Shown here piece after piece: positions 53,693 through 63,460 of a stretch of 64,000 bases of DNA. The stretch's first letter is position 1, and every line of letters starts with the position of its first letter. The notes under the pieces are model-generated. The model made no database searches, was not told the DNA's origin, and saw only the letters and a list, made by a program, of their open reading frames with translations. A program made the position numbers and the translations under genes. The DNA is from a virus (Duplodnaviria; Caudoviricetes): IMG/VR virus record IMGVR_UViG_3300037484_000235, positions 64,001 to 128,000 of that record; one strand, 5' to 3'.

Positions 53693-54340
53693 ATGAATCA
53701 GCACGGGGGTTCTTCAGCCATCTTGTTTCACGGCCCTGGGGCCGAGAGCGCGGCTCACACCGCAGCTAAACTACATGGCCTCGTGGTGCCCTTTGGGGCC
53801 TCTGGAGAGGCTTTGAAGAAGGATGACGCCCGAGAGCTGGTTGCATTGCTTACGCAGACTCCAGTGGGGTCTAGGGCCTGGGCAGTGGCCGTTGGGCCCT
53901 TGGACGAGATTTCCCCGGCAGTAGCTGATGTGCTTCTCAAGACGCTTGAGGACTTCAACCCAGCTGGTATTCGTCCATTCCTGTGGGCTTGGGACTTGGG
54001 TGGGGTCATTCCCACGATTCGATCCAGGTGCTTGCAGGAGTTTGTGCCTGGTGAGGATGAACGCATTGTATCCAGTCGGACCCAAGCTGAAAAGCTCGTC
54101 TCGGCATACATCCAGAAAAACTGGACTGACCTGGTGACTGAGCTGAAGGAATCCAAGGGGGACGAGGAATTCGTGCTGCTGGCCACCGTGGAAGTCCTCC
54201 AATCCAGACTGGGGGAAGAGCCCATCAAGGAAGATCTCCTTCGTCTTTGGGGATCCCTCCGCAATGTCTTCATGACGCGGGAAGCCCCATTCACACCCGC
54301 TCGTGTGCTGTCTGCGTTCATGGTGGGACTCAAAACATGA
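53693..54340 (+). CDS. holB: DNA polymerase III delta-prime-like clamp-loader subunit
   Basis: AILFHGP; DEIS....DVLLKTLED; IPTIRSRC. Confidence 0.75.
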   Translation: MNQHGGSSAILFHGPGAESAAHTAAKLHGLVVPFGASGEALKKDDARELVALLTQTPVGSRAWAVAVGPLDEISPAVADVLLKTLEDFNPAGIRPFLWAWDLGGVIPTIRSRCLQEFVPGEDERIVSSRTQAEKLVSAYIQKNWTDLVTELKESKGDEEFVLLATVEVLQSRLGEEPIKEDLLRLWGSLRNVFMTREAPFTPARVLSAFMVGLKT

Positions 54341-55299
54341 GCGAGGAGAACACCACACCCGTTCTTCTCGTGGGCGGTTCCGATGAGTATCAGCGTCGAA
54401 GGCTGGTCAACAAGGTCGTAAGCACTCGGCGTGGCGAGGGGTGGAGCGTCATGCCTGTCGACGGCAAGGAAGAGGGGGCGTTGAACCCCGTGTTCGCCAT
54501 GTCTTCGATGTTCGAGGGGTCGACCTTGTGTGTGGTGAGCAATCCAGAGAAGCTTCCGGTGGCCGTTGTAGCCGACCACATACAGTCCCCGGATCCTAAG
54601 GTGGTGTTGCTCCTGGTGGCTGAGGGCGACAAGCTTTCCGGACCCATCTTTGATCTGGTGCCCAAGGGGTGTGTGAAGACCTTTGCCCTTCCCCCGTTCT
54701 ACAAGCTCGACGAACATGCTGCGGCCTTCGTGCAGAACGAGGTAAAGGCCCGGGGGAGCAAGATCGAATCGGGGCTGGCTTCCTCCTGGGTTCGACGCGT
54801 CGGGAATGACCTTGGGGTGTTGTCGTTTGAGGTGCAGAAGGCCGTGCTGTTTGCGGGTGATGGGGTTGAACTAACTGCTTCCCACCTGAGAGAGACCCTC
54901 GCGGCTCTTTCAGAGACGGATGGATCTGCGGTCTTGGAAGCTCTTGGAAGGAAAGATTCTAAGCACCTATCCATGGAGATGCAGAAGTACCGTCAGTCCA
55001 GGGGCGGGGACCCTACGATCGAGCTGTGTGGACGTACTTTGACTCCGTCCCTTACTCGTTGGCTTCAAGCTGCACACCTTGCCCAAGCCGGAATGTCCTC
55101 GGCAGCAGCAGCTGGAAGTGTGGGGGCAAACCCTTGGTACTGGGAGCACAAGATTCTTCCTTACGCAATGCGTTCTGGGGTCGTTGGGTGTGCTCGCATG
55201 CTCGGTATCGTGGCAGACGCACAGACCCTGGTCTTCCGTGGCGGGATCAATCCGTTTGCCTATCTGGAAGCCTCTTTTCTGGCCTTTTTTCAGGGGTGA
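54337..55299 (+). CDS. holA: DNA polymerase III delta-like clamp-loader subunit
   Basis: LL.GG.DEY; SMF; G.DLG.L..E.QK; adjacent to the holB-like gene. Confidence 0.7.
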   Translation: MSEENTTPVLLVGGSDEYQRRRLVNKVVSTRRGEGWSVMPVDGKEEGALNPVFAMSSMFEGSTLCVVSNPEKLPVAVVADHIQSPDPKVVLLLVAEGDKLSGPIFDLVPKGCVKTFALPPFYKLDEHAAAFVQNEVKARGSKIESGLASSWVRRVGNDLGVLSFEVQKAVLFAGDGVELTASHLRETLAALSETDGSAVLEALGRKDSKHLSMEMQKYRQSRGGDPTIELCGRTLTPSLTRWLQAAHLAQAGMSSAAAAGSVGANPWYWEHKILPYAMRSGVVGCARMLGIVADAQTLVFRGGINPFAYLEASFLAFFQG

Positions 55300-55459
55300 C
55301 GGTTCTCCCTCTCATTTTCCTATAGACCTCCCTTCTTACGAACCCAGTGCCGAGTTCGGGGTGTCAGCCTGGTGCAGTTCTCTTGGAGTGGCGGAGAGAA
55401 CTGCGGCTGAGATTCAGATGACAACGCCACGATTCCGCATCCGCACAAATGGAGCCCCC

Positions 55460-57445
55460 ATGAGCGACGCAGGTTCTCTTTTCCCTAATCTCCAAATCGC
55501 AAACGGGGTTCACATGAAGAGCGATGGTGCGTTTTCGTTTCCCAATCTCTTGAGTGAGTTTGTCTACACTCGAACGTATGCACGATGGATGGAGTCGGAA
55601 AAGAGGCGGGAGAATTGGCCCGAGACGGTGGACCGCTACGTCGATTGGATCTTCCGGGGAAAGAACGTTCCCAGCTACCTTCCAGAGCGGGTGCGTCACG
55701 CGATCTTGAACCTCGATGTGCTCCCCTCGATGAGAGCTTTGTGGTGTGCTGGAGAGGCGATGGAGCGAGACAACACCTGCGGGTACAACTGCTCATTCCT
55801 TCCAATCGACAATCTCAAGGCATTCAGTGAGGCACTCTACATTCTCATGCAGGGTACAGGGATTGGCTACTCTGTCGAGAGCACTTTCATCGACAATCTC
55901 CCAGTGATATCGGAGTCCACTGGGGAGTCCGTCGACTACATGATCGGGGACTCCACTGAGGGTTGGGCGGATTCAGTGTACTTCGGTATCACTGCTTTCC
56001 ATCGTGGTCAGGACGTCAAGTTCCATTACGACAAGATCCGACCCAAGGGCTCACGTCTCAAGATCAAGGGCGGCCGTGCATCGGGCCCTGAGCCCCTTAA
56101 GAGGGTTCTCGATTTCGCGAAGGCTACGATTCAGGGTGCTGCGGGCCGTCACCTCAAGCCAATCGAAGCACATGACATCATGTGCATGATTGCAGAGATC
56201 GTGATGGTTGGTGGATTCCGTCGTGCAAGTCTGATCTCGTTCTCGGATCCAGATGATACCGAGATGCGTCATGCGAAGGATTGGAGCCTTGGGCAGTTCC
56301 CAGAGATTCGCTACATGGCGAACAACTCCGCTCTCTACACGGAGAAGCCCACCCGAGAGCAGTACGACCGGGATTGGAAGGCTCTTGCAGAGAGTGGTAG
56401 TGGCGAGCGCGGGTTCTACATCGCTTCGGAGGAAAAACGCCAGAAGCGGGGTGGTGATTTCCGGAGCAATCCATGTGGTGAGATCCTTCTCCGCTTCAAG
56501 CGTGCCAATGACCCCTGGACCGGTGAGGGTGGTGGGGGCCAGTTCTGCAACCTGGCAGCTACGGTTATGCGTGCCCACGACACGTTGGAGACCATGGCCG
56601 AGAAGGTCAAGCTTGCGACTTGGATTGGCGCAGTCCAGTCGAGCTACACACACTTCCCGTACCTTCGCCCTGCTTGGGCGGATCTGTGCAACGAGGACCG
56701 CCTCCTTGGTGTAGATATCACGGGCCAGTGTGATAACCCGGCCCTCTCTGGCGACGAAGAGGCGATGAGCTACCTGAACGCCACGGCGCGTGCTACAGCG
56801 ATCATCGCTGCGGATGCCCTTGGCATCAATCGTCCTGCGGCAGTTTCGTGTGGTAAGCCCAGCGGCAACAGCTCCCAGTTCGTGGACTGTGCGAGTGGGT
56901 TCCACTCTCGCTACTCGAAGTTTTATCATCGGCACGTTCGGATCTCAGCAAAGGATCCTCTCTTCCATCTCATCCGTGACGCGGGTGTGCCCGTCTTCAA
57001 GGAAAACGGTCAGGCTCATTTGGAGGATCACGAGGTCGATGTCTGGGTGGCTAGATTCCCTGTGAAGGCCCCTGAATCGGCCATGACTCGGAATGACGAG
57101 AAGACCCTGGAACAGCTCGAACGCTACCTGAAGATCATGCGTTCGTGGTGTGGTGACAAAGGTCACAACCAGTCCGCTACAATCTACGTCCGTGAAGGCG
57201 AGTGGGAAGCGGTTGGGGAGTGGCTGTGGGAGCACTTCGATGAGGTGACGGGCCTGTCGTTCCTTCCGTATGATGGCGGAAATTACACTCTCGCTCCCTA
57301 CGAGGAACTCACAGAAGCTGAGTACCTCCAGTCGGTTTCGGAGATGCCCAATCTCAACTTCAAGAAGCTAGCTCGATACGAGGCAATGGACTTGGGCGAA
57401 GGTGCTCAGGAGCCCGCGTGCATGGGTGGAGCTTGTCTAATCTAG
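55460..57445 (+). CDS. nrdJ: class II (adenosylcobalamin) ribonucleotide reductase
   Basis: RTYARW; PSMRALW; YNCSF; GTGIGYS; GGFRRAS; NPCGEI; FCNL; RLLGV; KPSGN; C-terminal CMGGAC. Confidence 0.92.
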   Translation: MSDAGSLFPNLQIANGVHMKSDGAFSFPNLLSEFVYTRTYARWMESEKRRENWPETVDRYVDWIFRGKNVPSYLPERVRHAILNLDVLPSMRALWCAGEAMERDNTCGYNCSFLPIDNLKAFSEALYILMQGTGIGYSVESTFIDNLPVISESTGESVDYMIGDSTEGWADSVYFGITAFHRGQDVKFHYDKIRPKGSRLKIKGGRASGPEPLKRVLDFAKATIQGAAGRHLKPIEAHDIMCMIAEIVMVGGFRRASLISFSDPDDTEMRHAKDWSLGQFPEIRYMANNSALYTEKPTREQYDRDWKALAESGSGERGFYIASEEKRQKRGGDFRSNPCGEILLRFKRANDPWTGEGGGGQFCNLAATVMRAHDTLETMAEKVKLATWIGAVQSSYTHFPYLRPAWADLCNEDRLLGVDITGQCDNPALSGDEEAMSYLNATARATAIIAADALGINRPAAVSCGKPSGNSSQFVDCASGFHSRYSKFYHRHVRISAKDPLFHLIRDAGVPVFKENGQAHLEDHEVDVWVARFPVKAPESAMTRNDEKTLEQLERYLKIMRSWCGDKGHNQSATIYVREGEWEAVGEWLWEHFDEVTGLSFLPYDGGNYTLAPYEELTEAEYLQSVSEMPNLNFKKLARYEAMDLGEGAQEPACMGGACLI

Positions 57446-57502
57446 TCACGTGACTGAGGAACGACCAAGAGGGTCCGGCTATCAGTCGGATCCCTCTTCT
57501 CG

Positions 57503-58846
57503 TCAGGACCACTTTGTCTCTGCAATCTCAAGAAGCATATTTTCCCTCTCCCCATATGGGTCCCCAACGCTTCTTATTTTGCTCTCCAGTTTTGCCAAAC
57601 TCTTGATTGGAATGGCGTCCTGGGTCAACCAGGCATAGTCATCCTTCTGTTCAACATGTGGGGTTCCCTCCAACTCCAATGTGTCACCGTAGCCAGAACC
57701 TACATACAGCTTTTCCCCTTCATCTTTGGCCATCTGCAAAGCAATCAGATTTACCTGCTGTTGGTAGGATCTCTCGTAGTCTATCCGGTAGAGGAATAGC
57801 CCCACGTGTGGGTTGTCCCGGAAGAATCCGTATCCAAGGATGTACTTCTCATCCGGATCGTTGAGGAACTCGGATTTGTAGACTACAAATACGGAATCCT
57901 TGGCATACAGAAGAGTCTTGTCCCCATTCATTGGCTTCGGAGTCTCCAATGGGGTCTCAACTGGTTTGGTTCCTCTCAATCCGGAGAGGATTTCTTTGAC
58001 TTGATTTGTGGTGAGTCTCTTTTGACGGATCAATTCGGAATACCATCCGCGTGATAGGAACTCCCGAACTCGGTCTTCCCATAGACGAATGGCGTTTCTC
58101 TCTCCACTTTGAGTGAATCCTCCAGAGGTGAAGGATGGGTTCAATTCGTACCAGGTTCGTCCAATCACTTGCCCGAGTCCGAGCTTCCGGTACTCCTGAG
58201 CTACAGTGAGAAGGGTGGCGCCCCACTCGTTGGTGGCTCTGGCTACGATCTCTCCAAGAGGGTTGAGTATCGCGATGGCCACGCCAGCATCCTGAGTGGG
58301 GGTACCTTCCGATCTGATTTGGAGTGGGCTCCCCTTGATCAGGATGTTTTGCAAAAGGTGGTTGTAGGTTTTTCTGTTGTAGTCAGCTATCTTGCTCACT
58401 AGCGGGACATACTCACCAATGTATTTGACCAGTTTCGATTTCTTGATCTCTTCGGGACTCTTTCCCTTTGTGTACTCCCAGATGATCCGGCTCTTGATTT
58501 GGTCCAGTCGTATCTTGCTGGTGTAGTAAATTACCCCGTTGGATATCACAGCTACTGGGGTATCCTCTTGTTCAATGACCTTCCCATCACTGGTCGGGGA
58601 GGCCAGGACCCGGTATTTGTACCCGTCTATGGTGAACGAGTTGGTGATAGGATACAGGCTCGGATTCAATCCAACCAATGTGTAGTCGTAGGACTCATTG
58701 GGGTGGTGCTTATCCTTTGGGTTCCTGAACTTGAGGAAGATCTCTTTGGTCATCAGCCCTGTTTCATTTGCAGGAAACGACTTGGGCAGAGGGGTTGTAA
58801 CAGCCTCTATAAATCTTTGGGACACTCTGATTGCACTTGGAACCAT
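57503..58846 (-). CDS. RVSQRF-motif protein with GNAT-like segment
   Basis: V..EYRKLGLG..I..W..SGGFT..G; opposite strand, AT-richer than neighbours. Confidence 0.55.
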   Translation of the reverse strand: MVPSAIRVSQRFIEAVTTPLPKSFPANETGLMTKEIFLKFRNPKDKHHPNESYDYTLVGLNPSLYPITNSFTIDGYKYRVLASPTSDGKVIEQEDTPVAVISNGVIYYTSKIRLDQIKSRIIWEYTKGKSPEEIKKSKLVKYIGEYVPLVSKIADYNRKTYNHLLQNILIKGSPLQIRSEGTPTQDAGVAIAILNPLGEIVARATNEWGATLLTVAQEYRKLGLGQVIGRTWYELNPSFTSGGFTQSGERNAIRLWEDRVREFLSRGWYSELIRQKRLTTNQVKEILSGLRGTKPVETPLETPKPMNGDKTLLYAKDSVFVVYKSEFLNDPDEKYILGYGFFRDNPHVGLFLYRIDYERSYQQQVNLIALQMAKDEGEKLYVGSGYGDTLELEGTPHVEQKDDYAWLTQDAIPIKSLAKLESKIRSVGDPYGERENMLLEIAETKWS

Positions 58847-58920
58847 ATCTGTGGTTCTCGATAGTCGGATTCTTGTGTTGTCTCATAAGGCGTAAGGTAC
58901 TTCTGGGCACCTGAATAGCT

Positions 58921-61305
58921 ATGATTCTAGACGACTCCAATTACTTCTCCGGTCGGGTTCACAGCATTGTTTTCGAGAACGAGTCCAAGGCATTCTACAT
59001 CCTAAGGCTCATTTTGGACGGCGGACTTGAGGCACCGGAACTCGATGGCATAGATAAGAATGGGGCCGTCACGGTCCGTGGAGATGTCCCTGGTCTCCCT
59101 ATTGATGTTGGGACATGGTTCGGGTTTGAGGGTAGCTGGGTTACCAATCCTAAGTATGGGAGACAGATTCAGATCACTCGTGCTCCCGTCATGAAGAAGG
59201 ATTGGGATGCTGATACCGCAGAGAAGATCCTTCTGTCCAATGGCATCGGGCTGACCATTGCAGCAAAGCTCAAGGCGCACTTTGGAGAAGACCTTACTGC
59301 TGCTCTTATGGATCCGGAGAAGATTCGTTCCGTTCCAGGAATGACTGAGTTCACTGCCCTTCACGTTCACAACAAATGGCAGGCAGCCAGAGCCCACTTC
59401 CTAGCCTTAGAATTTCTGAATGACCTTGGACTCCCACAGGGTCGTGTTCGTCAGATATGGTCTACGTTCGGAGACCAGGCCCAGGAGATCTTGTCAGTCA
59501 ATCCGTGGGCTCTAGTACGTATTGAAGGTGTGACGTTTCGCGATGCGGACGTGGTGGCCCAGAGGCTTCACCTAGACACGTCGGCTACAAACATGGCTCG
59601 TATCGAGGGGGCGGTACTTCACGCTTGTCGATCGGGTAGGGGCTTCGGGCATCTCTACTCTTCAAGTGGCGAGATGCTGGGGGCAGTTCGTGCAATCGAC
59701 TTTGACTTCTTGGACAAAGATGTGGCTACAGCGGTCAGGAATCTTGCGGACCAGGATTTACTCATTGTGGACCGTTCTGTCCAACATGGGACCACTGCGA
59801 TTTATGATCCTTGGTCATTCAAGATTGAGTCAGAGTCAGCGGAGATCTTGCTGGAACGGCAGACACAGGCTCGTATCACACCAGACAATTGGAAGATCTA
59901 CTCCCGTAATCTCTCCAGCGGTGAAGGCGAGGGGTCGCTTCTGAATGCTGTGAATCTTGCCCTTAGTCGTTTGAGTACGTCTGGGACAATAACGCTTTCT
60001 TCGGCGCAGTCCCAGGGTGTTCGTAATGCTCTGTGTGAGCCCATATCAATCATCTCTGGTCTACCTGGTACGGGAAAGACCAGGAGCCTTCGTGTGGCTG
60101 TAGATATGCTCAGAGACGCAGAGATCCCGTTTCTTCTTGTGGCACCGACCGGCATTGCGGCTAAACGGGCGTCTTCCGTAACTGGAGAACCAGCATTCAC
60201 GATCCACAGGGCATTCAAGGCCAAGGGCAGCTCCGACAACGATCGAGAGTCCACCTATGCTGGGATCGTCGGGGACAGTGATGGACTCTCTGGGTTGGAT
60301 GGGGCGTCAGAGATGTGGGGTTACTCAGAAGCGAATCCACATCCTGCTGAGGTCATCATTTGTGATGAGAGTTCGATGGTGGATCAGCACCTCCTCTACA
60401 GGATCCTGACCTGTACCCGGAAGGATGCCAGGCTCGTGTTTGTAGGGGACGCAGCCCAGCTCCCCTCTGTTGGCCCAGGCAATGTGCTCAGGGACCTGAT
60501 TGCCTCTAAGTTGTTTCCGACGGTGTCCCTGACAGAGATCTACCGTCAGGCAGACACGTCTCCCATTGTCCATGCGGCACACGCTATTCATCGGGGGGAT
60601 ACGCCCGACGCCCCAGCGGGAAGTGACTTCTCTCTTATCGAGGTTTCCGATGAGGAAAAGGTCGCTGCGGTAGTCATCTCAGCTGCGACCAAGCTATTCA
60701 AGTCACACGACAAAACCTTTCAGGTGTTGTCCCCACGTCATTCAGGGAATGTCGGTGTGACTGCACTCAACGCTAAACTCAGGGAGATCCTCAATCCGAA
60801 AAAGGCTTCTCTTCACGAGATGAGGATTGGGTCGGAGGTTCTTCGAGAGGACGACCGCATCATGGTTGTCCGCAATGACTACAAATTGGGCGTCTTCAAC
60901 GGAGACGTTGGTAAGGTAGCCACAATTGACAAGAGGAACAAAGAGGTGGAGATCAAAATTCACGGCCCCCCGGTCATGAACTTTAGGATCCCATTCGCCA
61001 AGGCCCCCGCACTTCTTCGGCTCGCATACGCAGTTACCGTGCACAAATCACAGGGGCAAGAATTCGATGTGATTGTGATGCCTATTGTCAACTCGTTCAG
61101 TCATCAGCTACAGAGAAACCTTCTCTACACAGCGATTACACGTGCTCGTAAGAAGGTGATTCTGATCGGTACCAGATCTGCTTTGGTTCGAGCTGTAGCC
61201 AATGAGAGGGAGAGTTCCAGAAACACGCTCCTCAAACAGAGGTTGCTTGAGGAGTCTGCATCGGAAGGCGTAGTACATACCGAGGCCGACCATGAGCAAC
61301 GATGA
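58921..61305 (+). CDS. recD2: RecD2-like SF1B helicase
   Basis: N-terminal OB/HhH; SGLPGTGKT; DESSM; GDAAQLPSVGPG; IYRQ; AYAVTVHKSQGQE. Confidence 0.93.
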   Translation: MILDDSNYFSGRVHSIVFENESKAFYILRLILDGGLEAPELDGIDKNGAVTVRGDVPGLPIDVGTWFGFEGSWVTNPKYGRQIQITRAPVMKKDWDADTAEKILLSNGIGLTIAAKLKAHFGEDLTAALMDPEKIRSVPGMTEFTALHVHNKWQAARAHFLALEFLNDLGLPQGRVRQIWSTFGDQAQEILSVNPWALVRIEGVTFRDADVVAQRLHLDTSATNMARIEGAVLHACRSGRGFGHLYSSSGEMLGAVRAIDFDFLDKDVATAVRNLADQDLLIVDRSVQHGTTAIYDPWSFKIESESAEILLERQTQARITPDNWKIYSRNLSSGEGEGSLLNAVNLALSRLSTSGTITLSSAQSQGVRNALCEPISIISGLPGTGKTRSLRVAVDMLRDAEIPFLLVAPTGIAAKRASSVTGEPAFTIHRAFKAKGSSDNDRESTYAGIVGDSDGLSGLDGASEMWGYSEANPHPAEVIICDESSMVDQHLLYRILTCTRKDARLVFVGDAAQLPSVGPGNVLRDLIASKLFPTVSLTEIYRQADTSPIVHAAHAIHRGDTPDAPAGSDFSLIEVSDEEKVAAVVISAATKLFKSHDKTFQVLSPRHSGNVGVTALNAKLREILNPKKASLHEMRIGSEVLREDDRIMVVRNDYKLGVFNGDVGKVATIDKRNKEVEIKIHGPPVMNFRIPFAKAPALLRLAYAVTVHKSQGQEFDVIVMPIVNSFSHQLQRNLLYTAITRARKKVILIGTRSALVRAVANERESSRNTLLKQRLLEESASEGVVHTEADHEQR

Positions 61306-61693
61306 GATCCGTGATTTGGTGAAACGGGTTAGGGCCGGTTTGAGAATCACAAAGGTGGTTGCAACCCGTTCTGTAAAGGGCAAGAATGGGGACACGTTCG
61401 TTGGGTTCTCCGCCGCCTGGGATACAGTGCAGGAAGACTCAGGGCATGACCTGCTGCCAACATCTGACGTGGATGACTCTCACAACATGGGAACCATGAC
61501 CATGAGGGAGGCCATTGTGGCTTCCTGCCTATTGGCGCGAGAAGCTGATTTGGCGGCCTATCGAAATGCTATGGCTGGTGGCAACATCAGTCCACAGCAC
61601 TGCGTAGACGCTACTGCGGCCATCAAATCTAACTACTCCAAGCTCATCGTAGAGGCCCTTTCTGAGGGTGGGCCTGACAAGGCTAGGGAATGA
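61292..61693 (+). CDS. hypothetical protein
   Basis: 133-aa ORF in the replication operon. Confidence 0.65.
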   Translation: MSNDEIRDLVKRVRAGLRITKVVATRSVKGKNGDTFVGFSAAWDTVQEDSGHDLLPTSDVDDSHNMGTMTMREAIVASCLLAREADLAAYRNAMAGGNISPQHCVDATAAIKSNYSKLIVEALSEGGPDKARE

Positions 61694-61706
61694 GGTATTG
61701 TAAACC

Positions 61707-62498
61707 ATGAGTGACGCCCCCTCAGTAGAACCATCTCGCATCGAGAGGTTCTATCAGGAACTCGCGGATATGCAGGTAGTGCTTGACGCAGACCCGCTTG
61801 CGCTTGGTCCAAAACGGATGAACGCAAAGACGGCGGAATGCCGGGCTCTGCTTTCGCGCACAGAGCGAATCTTTCTGGAGGTCTCCCAAGATCTGTACTG
61901 GTATAAACGGGAGCATCGCCGGGCTCTTGCTGACTTCGAGCTAGCGGTTAAGGACTTGCTGTCTAATGACCCCGTGGTTCGGTCCAACAGGAGCGCTACT
62001 GATCGAGAGGCCGTGTGCCATACAAAGCTTCGTACAGACAAGGAGAAGATCAGCACCCTCCAGTTTGCATGCGAGGATTTGGAAGCGGTTCTGTCGGTTG
62101 TGAAGACGAAACGAAACGACTTGAAAGACATTGCATCACGATTGCGAGACCAGCTCAAAATCTGTCAGGAGGAGATTGGACTCGGGGCCAGGTGGAGTCG
62201 TGGTAAGTCCAGAGATACAGAATCCCATGGTTCTGAATCCACACCCAACTCTTCTACAGATAGTGTGGTGGCTGCCATGGATGAGATTCTTGCTAGGATG
62301 GACACATCTGTGACTACGGAAGAACTTGAAGCCTCCGACGATGAGGGGTCAGATCCTATACCTCCTGTCACAACCCAGAGTGACCAGGAGATTGACTCTT
62401 TTCTGGGTAACATTACTGACAGCATTCAGGAGCCTGATATTGTGGTACCAAAAATCGACCTTCACCTAGACGAATTACTGGACCTTTTTGACTCTTGA
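61707..62498 (+). CDS. coiled-coil protein with acidic tail (possibly a recombination mediator)
   Basis: helical N-terminal half, D/E-rich C-terminus. Confidence 0.6.
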   Translation: MSDAPSVEPSRIERFYQELADMQVVLDADPLALGPKRMNAKTAECRALLSRTERIFLEVSQDLYWYKREHRRALADFELAVKDLLSNDPVVRSNRSATDREAVCHTKLRTDKEKISTLQFACEDLEAVLSVVKTKRNDLKDIASRLRDQLKICQEEIGLGARWSRGKSRDTESHGSESTPNSSTDSVVAAMDEILARMDTSVTTEELEASDDEGSDPIPPVTTQSDQEIDSFLGNITDSIQEPDIVVPKIDLHLDELLDLFDS

Positions 62499-62595
62499 AG
62501 GTGTAAGGAATACCATCCTCACTCACACGGGGATCCACACACTGTCTGTCACTCGTTAGAGACGACCATCACATCAACATTAGGAGACGGCGACC

Positions 62596-63333
62596 ATGAG
62601 CAATAACATGCAAGAGTTCGGGTTTGGAGACGGCGACGAGAAGGTTGGTGCCAAGAGCAAGCGCTTCAAGGCCAAGGAAGGCGAGAAGTATCGCGTCTCT
62701 TTCGTTTGGTGGCCGGAGGTTGATGGAAAACCCAACATGGACGCGCCTACTCCCAAGTTCATTGGTTGTAAGCGCCTGTACCTTCAGGGTGTGGGTTACT
62801 TCATCGACAAGGGCGCAGAGTTTACGAAGCTCGCTGGTGCACAATCAAAGATGTATGCCGCGACTCTGATTTGCCTGTGGCCTGTTGACCAGAATGGCGA
62901 GCTTGACAAGGGTCGTTTCCAGAGTGGTGAGTTCCACGTTGTTCCCTGGGTCATGTCCATCGACAAGTACAGGACTATCGAGCAAAACCACAATGAGTTT
63001 CCTCTTGGGACGCATGATCTCAAGCTCACTTGCACGGATACCACGTACCAGAAGCTCACCATGTCCCCAGCCCGTGAGAATCTTCTTCGGAGGCTTTACG
63101 AGAGTGAGAAGCCTGCGACGAAGGAGATCGTTGCCGCAATCCTTGCAGCAACCAAGGAAGGCATCTCTGAGATTGGTGGCGAGCTAGCTCAGGATCTGAC
63201 CATCGAGGAGATTCGAGAGCGCCTTGGTCGTCAGGCGGGCGGCGCAGGTGGACATGGACCCGGGCCTGGGAGTGCTGTCACCCAATCGGATAACAAGCAG
63301 TTCGACTCAATGCTGGACGATATTCTCGGATGA
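62596..63333 (+). CDS. putative single-stranded DNA-binding protein
   Basis: beta-rich core, Gly-rich linker, acidic-hydrophobic tail FDSMLDDILG; replication context. Confidence 0.55.
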   Translation: MSNNMQEFGFGDGDEKVGAKSKRFKAKEGEKYRVSFVWWPEVDGKPNMDAPTPKFIGCKRLYLQGVGYFIDKGAEFTKLAGAQSKMYAATLICLWPVDQNGELDKGRFQSGEFHVVPWVMSIDKYRTIEQNHNEFPLGTHDLKLTCTDTTYQKLTMSPARENLLRRLYESEKPATKEIVAAILAATKEGISEIGGELAQDLTIEEIRERLGRQAGGAGGHGPGPGSAVTQSDNKQFDSMLDDILG

Positions 63334-63460
63334 TCCTCGTCTCCCGTTGCGGTCTGCAACGGACTCGGATACGAGTGAAGAGGGCGCCCCCTCAACAGAC
63401 CAATCTTGTGGTACCCAATTCTCTAGATCGGGTACCTCGCCCGCCATCTGAGGTGACCTC

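Noticed and set aside
55079-55459. Long 5' extensions in the ORF track (also 9805, 4952, 6969, 11415, 51779-52846)
   Set aside because: They overlap upstream genes or tRNAs and lack homology; downstream starts have SD motifs
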